A stretch of 64,000 bases of DNA, taken from positions 40,114,001 to 40,178,000 of the forward strand of contig OZ360227.1 in NCBI GenBank assembly GCA_977017645.1. The letters are read 5' to 3'. Within the stretch, counting starts at the first letter, position 1. Each line of letters begins with the position of its first letter. A program made the position numbers and the translations under genes. This DNA is from Torpedo marmorata. Its lineage: Eukaryota. Of this stretch, positions 24,401-35,146 are shown piece by piece. The notes under the pieces are model-generated. The model did not search any database and was not told the origin of the DNA. It was given only the letters and a program-made list of their open reading frames with translations.

Positions 24401-24557
24401 TTTGCCTGCAGAAAGCAGAGGGTAGTAGTAGATGGAATATATTCTGTCTGGAGGTCAGTGAAAAGTGGAGTTCCGCAGAGATCTGTTTTGGGACCCCTGC
24501 ACTTTGTGATCTCTCAAGGTGGCTGCGCAGGTTGATAGGGTAGTTAAGAAGGCTTAT
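21495..24557 (+). mobile_element. Near full-length decayed CR1 LINE, 5' part (ORF1 zinc finger + SGNH esterase; ORF2 endonuclease and RT)
   Basis: 21707 MAAGRVECSSCEMWE..YICTKC; VIGDSIV..CCL.GARVRDV..VHIG.NDIG; GVVYRPPN..MG.FNFPDIDW; GDSDHN; WRMANVVPLFKK..PGNYRPVSL. Resumes at 32262. Confidence 0.92.
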
Positions 24558-24817
24558 TGTAGGAGCCAAACGTGTGTTGTTTATAGCCGTTGGTTTGGCT
24601 GCAGGCGTCCCGGGGTCTGGAGACTGCGCGCTTTGTTTCTTATGGTGCGCACGCGGTATTCACTTGGGTGGTTGGCGCATGCGCGGTGGTTGAGTCGTTA
24701 GCCTGCGTGAACTGGTATGGCGGGATCTGGACTTCGCTATGAATTTGTTCTAATGCGTCACAGTTAAGAGCCTACTTAGCCTCCGAGCGGCCTTTTTTAT
24801 GGATAGTAGTCGCTACA
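24558..24817 (+). repeat. 5' LTR of BEL copy A (internally deleted relative to 3' LTR)
   Basis: TGTAGGAGCC...GTCGCTACA. Lacks ~130 bp present at ~32032-32165, including AATAAA. Confidence 0.9.
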
Positions 24818-25334
24818 TTTTAGTCAACAGAAATAGCCGCATCTACGACAGAACTGCATGGACGCCTTGAATCTGAGTTTTGGATTGAATGGACATTGTT
24901 GGAACATTTAGACTGTTTCCCCTCTTCGGTTTGGAGCGATACTGAAAGCAATATGGCGGCCATGTTGGAAATGCCGAGCACAGGCTGCTGACAGCAATCC
25001 GCCTCCATCGGTCTGAGCATCGGCCACAGAGGGGTCCAGGGCTTCTAACCCTAGAGCAGAATGTCCTATATATCATGCTGGTAGAGTCATTTGCCGAGAA
25101 TCACAGCGATATTATTGACTGCTGCTGCGGTGGAAACTCGCTCGTTGACAGCAGTGCATCACAGCCATCAGAAGCGGTAGGCTTACGTTTGTGGATTCCT
25201 TCTGTGTATTTGTTGCAAGTTTGAACACAGTTTGGATGTGCTGCCGCTTGTCCATTGGGGACTGTTGATTTTGGGCTTGTGTTGTGTGTGCTTGGTGCTC
25301 GAGCTCGGCGGACGGTTGGAGGGAAACGCGTAAA

Positions 25335-25898
25335 ATGGCTGGCGTCACCGCTGAGGTGCAATGTATCACAGACTTGCGGGTCGAAGATCTCAAATCAGAA
25401 CTGAAGCGGCGGAACCTAGATATAAGTGGTGTCAAAAGCATTCTCATTGCGAGGCTGAAACAGGCAATAGAAGAAGAGGTGGCTTTGGTTGATGGGAATG
25501 AAGACCCTGTAAAACCACTGCAGAAGACATCGACTGAATTTAAAGTCAGCAACTTGGAAATGGCTGAAGGTGTGTCACAAAATGGTGAAGAGGATGAAAA
25601 TGCAAAGGATGTGCAATTCAAACTGGAGGAAGAGTCAAATATTAAGGTAAAATCTGACATGCAGGATGAAATACAACCAGGTGACAGTGTGTCAAATGTT
25701 GGAATCAGGAGAAGCAAACAAAGTTCTTTTGGATCAAGCTCCAGAGTTTCCAGTACTACATCTGCACGTATAAAGGCTGAGGCTGAAATGGCTGCTCTTG
25801 TTGTACGACAAAAATTGCTTAAGGATAAATGTGCCTTGGAAGAACAGGAGGAGCAGCTAAGGAGGGAAAAGGAGCAGCTGCTACTATGGCCAAAGTGA
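25335..25898 (+). pseudogene. SAP-domain-Gag fusion N-terminus (SLTM/SAFB-like SAP + BEL Gag)
   Basis: [48 protein letters not shown] (SAP), an acidic linker, then the BEL gag signature [50 protein letters not shown]. Confidence 0.85.
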
Positions 25899-26280
25899 AG
25901 GTACTAGGAGCCTCAAAGGGATCAGGTGTTCGAAGTAATTTATCTGAAGTGTCTGATGGTATGAAGTCATATTTTGAGAAAGGACAACAGGAAAAGAAAA
26001 CACTTAATGTTCCTTTTGTACACAGTACAAGACATGCATACTCATGGACAAATCCTCCCAAAGCACGGTGTTACCAATCCAAAAACACCAATAATAACAA
26101 CCGCAGACAGAGCTGCAGCTCAAATCCAATCTCTCACCACAGCTCCCTTGACACTCCAGTCAAGCGTCAGAAATCCAGGTTAACATGCCATGGAAGATAT
26201 CAACTACATGCATGAGCTTGACATGCTTGCTAATATGCTAGTCATCATAAGGAAGTTGCCCTACTGGCTGAGGGATATAT

Positions 26281-28149
26281 GGTCAGGTCAAGTCACCTTT
26301 ATTTGTCGTTCATTACCATATACACAGTAAGACGAGATAGCGTTTCTCCAGGACCATGGGCAGATGTACATAAATATAATACAATAGAAAAACTATAACA
26401 TGCTAATACACATATATATCTAGGAATTGAGGAGCCTGATGGCTTGGGGGAAAAAACTGTTGCACAGTGTGGACGTACGAGCCCGAGTGCTTCGGTACCT
26501 CCTTCCAGATGGCAAAGGGGAAAACAGTTTACCAAAGGGGTGTGAGAAGTCCTTCACAATGTTTTTAGCCTTCCTCATGCATCGTGTGTTGTAGTTGTCA
26601 TGGTGGGGAGAGAGACTCCAATAATTTTCTACGCTGACCTCACTATCCTCTGCAGGGTCTTTCGGTCCGAGATGGTACAGTTACTAAACCAAGCGGTGAT
26701 GCAATTGCTCAGAATACTCTCAATACATCCCCTGTAGAATGTAGTAAGGATAGGGGGTGGGAGGTGAACTTTCCTCAGCCTTTGCAGGAAAGACGCTGCT
26801 GGGCTTTCTTGACTATGGAACTGGTGTTGAGGGACCAGCTGAGACTCTCCGCCAAGTGCACTCCAAGAAACTTGGTACTCTTTACGGCCTCAACGGTAGA
26901 GCCGTCAATGGAGAATGATCCCCCCGGGCCCTTCTGAAGTCGACAACCAACTCTTTTGTTTTGCTTACATTCGGATGCAGGTTGTTGGTTCCGCACCATT
27001 CCATTAGCGACTGCACCTCATCTCTGTATGCTGACTCATCGTTCTTACTGGTATGGCCCACCACGGTAGTATCATCAGCGAACTTTATGATGTGATTCGA
27101 GCTGTGTTTTGCTGCACAGTCATGAGTCAGCAGGGTGAACAGAAATGGACTAAGCACACAGCCCTGGGGAGCCCCCGTGCTCAATGTAATGACCTTGGAA
27201 GTGCTGTTTCCAATCCGGACTGCCTGAGGTCTTCCCGTCAGGAAGTCTAGGATCCAATTACAGAGGGTGTAGTTTAGGCCCAGCCCCCTCAACTTCCCTA
27301 TCAGGTACTGAGGTATGATCGTGTTGAATGCCGAGCTGAAGTCAATAAACAGCATTCGAACATACGCGTCCTTATTTTCCAGGTGGGTGAGGGCTAGGTG
27401 GAGGGTGGTAATGGCATCATCTGTGGAGCGGTTTGATCGATATGCGAACTGCAGGGGGTCCAGTGAGGGGGGCAGCAGAAGCTTGATGTGCCTCATGACG
27501 AGCCTCTCGAAGCACTTCATGACGGTAGATGTGAGTGCAACAGGGCGGTAGTCATTGAGGCAGGACACTGTCGACTTCTTCGGCACGGGGATGATGGTAG
27601 CGGCTTTGAAGCACGTTGGAACCACGGCACTGCTCAGGGAGATGATAAAGACGTCAGTGAGAACATCAGCCAGCTGGGCCGCACATCCCCTGAGCACTCT
27701 GCCGGGAATGGTATCTGGCCCAGCAGCTTTCCGTGGGTTAATCTTGCTTAACACTCTCCTCACGTTGGCCACTGTGAAACACAGCATCTGATCATTTGGA
27801 GGAGGGGTTGTCTTCTTTGCCACTACATCATTTTTCGCCTCAAAACGCGCATAGAAGTTGTTCAGTGGATCTGGGAGGGAGGCATCACCAGCACAGTCAG
27901 ATGGTGTTGTCTTGTGGTTAGTGATATCTTGAATGCCCTTCCACATGCATCGCGTGTCCTTGCTGTCCTGAAAGTGACTCTGAATTCGCTGGGCATGTGC
28001 ACGCTTTGCCTCCCTGATGGCCTTAGACAGCTTGGCTCTTGCGATAGCTAGGGTTACCTTGTCGCCCGCACTGAAGGCAGAGTTTCGGCTCCTCATCAGT
28101 ACACGCAACTCCGCAGTCATCCATGGCTTCTGATTAGAGCGAGTAATTA
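26281..28149 (-). mobile_element. Rex1/Babar LINE, 5'-truncated, inserted in BEL gag
   Basis: [83 protein letters not shown]. Gag is collinear across it (KLPYWLRDIW | TVACDF). Confidence 0.93.
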
Positions 28150-28150
28150 G

Positions 28151-28258
28151 ACTGTGGCCTGTGATTTCCGGGAAAAACACAATCAAAGAGCTACCTTTAA
28201 GGATATGGTGGATTTCCTTGAAAGGCAAGTGAAGATTGCAACAGATCCAGTATTTGGA
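28151..28258 (+). pseudogene. BEL gag remnant between Rex1 and L1 inserts
   Basis: Translates [36 protein letters not shown], a typical BEL gag segment. Confidence 0.85.
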
Positions 28259-30654
28259 TTTATAAATAACTTCTTCCTTCAAATCCTCTCCTATATTATT
28301 TAATTCTATTCGGATCCACGCCGAATCTTTTGTTAAATCGAACAATTCATTAATAAACCATAATTGGGCTGCTTTATAATAATTTTGGAAATTAGGCAGT
28401 TGTAATCCACCCAATTCATAATTCCAAGTTAATTTTTCCATAGCTACTCTAGCCAATTTACCTTTCCACAAAAACTTCCTAATAATAAAATTTAAATCTT
28501 TAAAAAATTTTTGAGGAATTTCATATGGAATTGATTGAAAAAGATATTGAATCCTTGGAAAGATATTCATTTTAATACAATTTACCCTTCCTAATAAAGT
28601 TATAGGTAAATCCTTCCAACTTTCCAAATCTTTCTTAATTTTCGCAAATAATGGTAAATAATTTAATTTATACAAATTGGCTAGTTTAGTATCTATCTTT
28701 ATACCTAAATATTTAATTCCTTCGTTTGACCATTTAAATTGTGTAATTTCTTTACATTTACTATAATCGCCTTGTGTTAATGCCATAATTTCACTTTTAT
28801 CAGAATTGATTTTATAACCAGAAATCTCCCCATATTCCCTCAATATAACATCCAAATGTATTAAAGAAGTAATAGGTTTTGTCATATATATCAATACATC
28901 ATCTGCAAATAAATTAATCTTATGTTCTTCATTTCCAACTTTAATACCCGCAATCTTAATATCTTGTCTAATTAGTTCCGCCAAAGGTTCAATTGCTAAA
29001 ACAAATAATGCGGGTGATAACGGACATCCTTGTCGTGTCGACCTAGTCAACAAAAACTTTGAAGAAATTTGTCCATTTGTAACCACCCTAGCAGAGGGTT
29101 CCTTATATATAGTTTTAATCCAATTAATAAATGTAATTCCAAAACCAAATTTTTCCAATACTTTAAATAAATAATTCCACTCTAATCTGTCAAAAGCCTT
29201 TTCAGCATCTAGTGTTAATACTAATGATAATTCCTCTTTCTTTTGTGCCACATTAATTAAACTGATTAACTATATTATCCTTTGAATATCTATTCTTAAT
29301 AAAACCTGCTTGATCTTCATGAATTAAATCTGGCAAATATTTAGCAAGTCTATTTGCTAATATTTTCGCCATTATCTTATAATCCACATTTAACAATGAA
29401 ATTGGTCTATATGATTCTGTTTTCAACGGATCTCTATCTTTTTTTGGTATAACTGTTATTATTGCATTAGAAAATGTTTTCGGTAAAGAATGAGTTTCCG
29501 TTATTTGTTTTAATACCTCCATATATGGGGGTATCAATAGATCTTTAAATTCCTTATAAAATTCTGGTGGGAAACCATCCTCACCTGGAGATTTCCCATT
29601 TGCTAAAGAACTAAGAACCTCATTAACTTCTCTCATCGTAAATGTTGAATCTAAAAATTCCTTACTTCGAGTATTCAATCTAGGCAATTTAATCTTAGAT
29701 AAAAAAGCATTCACTTTAAAATCATCTTTATCAGTTTGAGATTTATATAAATTTAAATAAAATTCCCTAAAAGAATCATTTATTTCCCAAGGTTTAAACG
29801 TTATTTTCTTTGAATTCTTTTTTACAGCATTTATAGTTCTAGAAGCTTGTTCTTTTTTTAATTGCCATGCCAATACTTTATGTGCTCTTTCACCCAATTC
29901 ATAATATCTTTGTTTAGTTCTTTCAATTACTTTTTCCATTTTATATGATTGCAATGTATTATAATACAATTTCTTTCCAATTAAATTCCTCTTTTTTTCC
30001 TCTGATTTTCTCTTTTGTAAATCTTTCTCCAAAAATTCAATCTCCTTCTCCAATTTATCTAATTCTTGAGTATATTCCTTTTTAACCTTTGCTGAATAAC
30101 TTATTATTTGACCTCTTAAATAAGCTTTTAAAGTATCCCAGATAATAAATTTATTATCCATTGAATTAGAATTAATCTGTAAAAATTCATGAATTTCTCT
30201 TCTTATATAGTTACAAAAATCTGGTCTTTTCAATAAAGAAGAATTAAATCTCCATCTATATGTCATTTTCTCTTTTTCCGGAATTATACATGACATTATT
30301 AAAGGCGAATGGTCAGAAATTATTCTTGCTTTATATTGTATTTCAGTAACTCTATCTTGTAAATGAGATGACAATAAAAACATATCTATTCTAGAATAAG
30401 AATCGTGTCTAAAAGAATAAAAGGAATAGTCTTTTTCTCTTGGATTCAACTTTCTCCAAATATCAACTAAATTCAAGTCCTTCATCAAAGAAAGAATTTT
30501 CTTTGCAGTTTTGGTTCTAACTATTGATTTGGATGTTTTATCTGGTATTGGATCTAAACAACAATTAAAGTCCCCCCCAATTAAAATATTCTCATTTGCT
30601 TCTGATAAATGCAGAAAAGAATCTTGAATAAATTGTTCATCTTGCGTATTTGGG
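28259..30654 (-). mobile_element. Internal L1-clade ORF2 fragment (endonuclease C-half to RT thumb), no 3' end/polyA
   Basis: [71 protein letters not shown]. One frameshift at ~29260. Confidence 0.93.
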
Positions 30655-30736
30655 ACACTGACGACGAAGCTGAAGCCGCCTCATCAGATACAGACTGGGA
30701 CCCGTACGATGACTGTTTAAACAGTGAGACCCCGGA
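30651..30736 (+). repeat. Exact 86-bp copy of pogo transposase sequence 13604-13689
   Basis: TGGGACACTGACGACGAAGC...GAGACCCCGGA is identical at both sites. Confidence 0.97.
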
Positions 30737-31591
30737 GTGAAGCATGGAAGGAGTGTTGTGAAGCGCTATAGTGTTATTTTCGCATGTTTAGCTGTGAGCA
30801 ATTCACATCGAAGTGGCATCATCACTTGACACAGACTCTTTCATCAATGCCCTTTGACGTTTTACAGCCAGACGTGGTCAAGTGAAGGAACTACGATCTG
30901 ACAATGGCACTGATTTTGTGGGAGCTCAGCGCGAGTTGAGGGAGGCAATTGAAAGCTGGAATCAGGGTCAAATCCATAATACACTGCTCCAGAAAGGAAT
31001 CAATTGGATCTTCCATCCCCCTGCTGGCTCACACCATGGAGGTTTATGGGAAAGATTAATTAGATCAGTGCGAAAGGTTCTCAATTCCACCCTAAATGTG
31101 CAGTCTTGACGAGGAGGGTCTCCACACAGTTTTATGTGAAGCTGAGGCTATCCTCAACAGTCGTCCAATCACCAAGGCTTCTACAGATCCAAATGACCTT
31201 GAAGCACTTACCCCCGAACCACCTTCTGCTCTTTAAGACTATGCCATCAATGCCACCAGGGCAGTTTCAGAAGGAAGACATGTATGCTCGTCGCAGGTGG
31301 AGGCAAGTTCAGTATATGTCGGACTTGTTCTGGAAAAGATGGATTAAAGAATATTTTCCCCAACTGCAGGAACGACAGAAATGGTCCAACATCAGATGCA
31401 ACTTCACACCAGGGGACATCGTGATCATCATGGATGATTCAGCGCCTCGAAACTCCTGGCCACCTGGAAAAATTGTTGAGACCATTCTGGACAAAAAGGG
31501 ACTTGTACATGTCCAGATCAAGACCAAAACCGGCTTTCTGGACAGACCCATCAACAAAGTCTGCCTTCTACAGGAGTCAGAGGAACTTTGA
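30737..31591 (+). pseudogene. BEL/Pao integrase and C-terminal DUF5641-like region
   Basis: [82 protein letters not shown]. Confidence 0.92.
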
Positions 31592-31839
31592 CAAGCCCAA
31601 AACGGACTTTATTTTGTTGTTTTTTGGACCTTGCCCCTTGCCCACTACACAGACTACAGACTTTACTGGTCCAGAGTGGTGGTAAAGATCACTCTTTTTC
31701 AAGACTATGTGCTAGTAACCTCTGGCCTTATGAAGAATGAAGAAAGAAGATCTACACATAATATTGGAATATACTGTGTGTGATTGTTATTTATAATTGT
31801 GTAATTATTATTTGAGACATAATACTTAGGGGCCAGTAT

Positions 31840-32256
31840 TGTTGGAGCCAAACGTGTGTTGTTTATAGCCATTGGTTTGGCTGCGGGCGTCGGCAGCGTC
31901 TCGGGGTCTGGAGGCTGCGCGCGTTCTGTTTCTTCTGGTGCGCACGCGCTATTCACTTGGATGGTTGGTGCATGCGCGGGGGTTTTGCGGGGGTTTGAGA
32001 GTCGTTAGCCCGCGTGAACTTGTATGGCGGGATAGAGACGAGGAGGGTGAGTAGGGCTCCGATATTTTCTGTTGACTGTTACTACAGTCGTTATGACATA
32101 CGATAGACGTTACCATGAACGTTACAAGTCCTTTTGTGTTCATTAATAAACAGTTTAAAAACGCATCTGGGCTTCGCTATGAATTTGTTCTAACGCGTCA
32201 CAGTTAAGAGCCTACTTAGCCTCCGAGCGGATTTTTTATGGATAGTAGTCGCTACA
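31840..32256 (+). repeat. 3' LTR of BEL copy A
   Basis: TGTTGGAGCC...GTCGCTACA, preceded by purine-rich AGGGGCCAG; contains AATAAA. Confidence 0.92.
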
Positions 32257-32261
32257 TTTCT

Positions 32262-32830
32262 GGTATGCTGGCCTTCATTTGTAGGGGGATTGAGTTCAAG
32301 AGTTGAGAGGTAATGTTGCAACTCAATAAAACTTTGGTTAGATCACATTTGAATATTGTGTTCAGTTCTGGTCGCTTCATTGCAGGAAGGATGTGGAAGC
32401 TTTAGAGAGGGGGCAGAGAAGATTTACCAGGAATTTGCCTGGATTGGAGAACATGTCTTATGAGGCAAGGTTAACAGAGCTCGGGCTTTTCTTTTTGGAG
32501 CGAAGAAGGATGAGAGGAAACTTAAGACGTCTATAAGACTGAGAGGCATAGATATGACAGCCAGCACCCTTTTCCCAGAGTGACAGTAGCAAATACCAGA
32601 GGACATCTGTATAACGTGAGGGGAGGAAAGTTTAAGGGAGACATCAGGGGCAAGTTTTTTTTTTACACAAAGTAGTGGGTGCCTAGAATGCATTGCCTTG
32701 GTGGGGAGGGGGGGGTGGTGTGTGGAGAGGCTGGTACAATAGGGACATTTAAAATACTCTTGGACAGGCACATGGATGCAGGAAAAATAGAGGGTTATAT
32801 GGGTGTGAGGTAGGGAAGGGTTAGACTTTT
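32262..32830 (+). mobile_element. 3' remainder of the CR1 interrupted by BEL copy A
   Basis: GGTATGCTGGCCTTCATT..TGTGTTCAGTTCTGGTC..AGGAAGGATGTGGAAGCTTTAGAGAGG, i.e. CR1 ORF2 C-terminus. Confidence 0.88.
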
Positions 32831-34121
32831 TTTTTTAGATTTCTTTAACTTTTCAGATCTCATTTCTAAAAAGTGTTCCTCTTGTCAGACAGTTCTTCAC
32901 CTGCAAACTGCCTCTCCCAGTAAATTTTTGAAACTTCATGTGTGATGTCATCAAATTTACCCTTCCTCCAATTTAGAACAAGAGGACCAGTCCTATCTTT
33001 TTCCATACTATTTTAAAACTAATTGTTTTTACAGATACCTGCAATCTACCGATATATTTATTCGTCTTCTTGATGACTTTTGGGTGGGGTGGGTGGGGCT
33101 ATAATAGAATCCTATCAAAATGATCATCTTATTTCCAAGTTCCATCCATAAAAATATAATTGGACAATCCCCTCAGAATATTCCCTCTCAGTAGGGCTGT
33201 GATGTTCTCCTGATCAAAAACTTAACACCACTTCCTCATTTCCTGTAGCATCTGTACTCTGGATCACTGAGCTCCCAGTCCAGCATGACATGGTTCCATT
33301 TAAGTTGGAGTGAAAAAAAATGTGATCATTATGAAGGGCACCATTGTGAGGAGGTATCAATATCAAGCACAAGTTGAGAAGTCTGTGTTGTCTGCCTGGT
33401 GCCAGAGCTAACAACATCCCCTTTGACTGAAGTGAAGCTTCTTGTGGGAAAGATATGATCAGTTGACCAGCTTGGGTAGAGTTAATAAAGAGATACCGCT
33501 GAAGGAATGTGAGCAGCTGGGTTTTAAGTTACAAGCAGAACCACAAAAGGTAGTAATCTGGAATACTACCAGTCATGTGGAAGTTGACCTCTAGTTTGAA
33601 TGCATGGTGAAATTTGTGTGGGACAAATGGATTTCAATTCATGGATTGAATGAGCCTTTTTAGGTGTGGCACCAGGAATATTTCTGCAAATGGTGGGTAT
33701 AGAGGATGGGCCTTTGTTCCTGCTGTGGTTTCTACTTGCCCTGTTGCAGTTTACACACATTGCCACTATTCAATCCTTTTGCTCCTTCTGTTGCACCTGT
33801 TGCGGTTTTTGTCATGTGCCTTAGTTTGCATCTTCTTGCTGCAAACTTGCAGGTATCTTGAAACCTGCCAATCAAAGTTTGCAGAGTTTAATTCAAGCAG
33901 GGAAGGAACACTGTCAGCTGTATGAAGTAGAGATGTTAGCCAGGAGAATGTGAAAAACTTTTTGGGAGTTTGGAGTTCAGATGGAGCTGCTGAATTGGGG
34001 CATGCTGGATAATTGCTTTAGGGAACAAAGAGAAGCTAGAGGGACTCTGGATCAAGCAGCATCCATGGAGAGGTGGTCAGTCAACATTTTGGATTGAGAC
34101 CCTTTATAAAGGGTCCCAATT

Positions 34122-35146
34122 GGACCCTCTGCAACTGGATCCTTGACTTTCTCATCGGAAGACCACAGTCAGTACGAATTGGAAACAACGTCTCCTCCTC
34201 ACTGATTATCAACACAGGCGCACTCCAAGGATGCATGCTTTGCCCACTGCTCTACTCGTTATACACCCATGACTGTGTGGCCAGGCACAATTCCAATGCC
34301 ATCTACAAGTTTGCCGATGACACCACAGTTGTCGGCAGAATCACAAACGCCAATAAGGAAGCGTACAGGAAGGAGGGAGATAGATCAGCTCGTTGAATAG
34401 TGTAACGACAACAACCTTGCGCTCAACATCAGCAAAACCAAGGAAATTACTGTGGACTTCAGGAGGAAGTCAGGGGAAACACAACCCAGTCCTCATCAAG
34501 GGCTCAGTAGTGGAGAGGGTCAAGAACTTCAAATTCCTTGGTGTCAACATCTCCGAGGATCTGTCCTGGAGCCTCCATGTTGATGCAATCACAAAGAAGG
34601 CTCGCCAGCGGCTATACTTTGTGAGGTGTCTGAGGAGTTTCGCTATGTCACCGAAGACTATCGTAAATGTCTACAGGTGTACCGTGGAGAGCATTCTGGC
34701 TGGTTGCATCACTGCCTGGTATGGAGGTGCCAACTCTCAGGACAAGAATAAACTCCAGAGGGTTGTTAACTCGGCCTGTGACATCACAGGCACCAGACTT
34801 CACTCCATCTAGGACATCTACATGAGGCGGTCTTAAAAAAGTAGCCTCTATCATCAAAGTCCCTCACCACCCAGGCCATGCCCTCTTCACTCTGCTTCCA
34901 TCGGGGAAAAGGTACAGGAGCCTAAAGACGAGCACTCAACGGCACAAGGACAGCTTCTTCCCTGCTGCCATCAGATTCCTGAATAATCAATGAACCAAAG
35001 ACACTGCCTTACTTTTCGTGCACTATTGTTTATATATTTTTTTTATAGTAATGTTGTAAGATGGTTATAATATGAATATTTGCACTATGATGTTGCTGCA
35101 AAACACCGAATTTCATGACTTGTTCATGACAATAAATTCTGATTCA
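34122..35146 (+). mobile_element. Rex1/Babar LINE 3' part
   Basis: [35 protein letters not shown]; KARQRLYF; tail GAATTTCATGACTTGTTCATGACAATAAATTCTGATTC. Confidence 0.9.

Larger units (their letters stand above)
24558..32256 (+). mobile_element. BEL/Pao LTR retrotransposon copy A (two LTRs; SAP-gag and integrase retained; PR/RT/RH region replaced by other DNA)
   Basis: TG...CA LTRs at 24558-24817 and 31840-32256. Splits the CR1 at AAGGCTTAT|GGTATGCTGG with a degenerate 5-bp TSD (CTTAT/TTTCT). BEL-type gag and integrase motifs are present. Confidence 0.92.

Noticed and set aside
25335-25898. Calling this the host SLTM/SAFB gene
   Set aside because: It is intronless, lies between LTRs, is fused to BEL gag, and has no RRM or downstream SLTM exons.
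17431-30654. Idea that L1 pieces 17431-18698 and 28259-30654 are one element split by rearrangement
   Set aside because: They are complementary in ORF2 coverage, but the 17431 piece has its own TSD on both sides, indicating an independent insertion.
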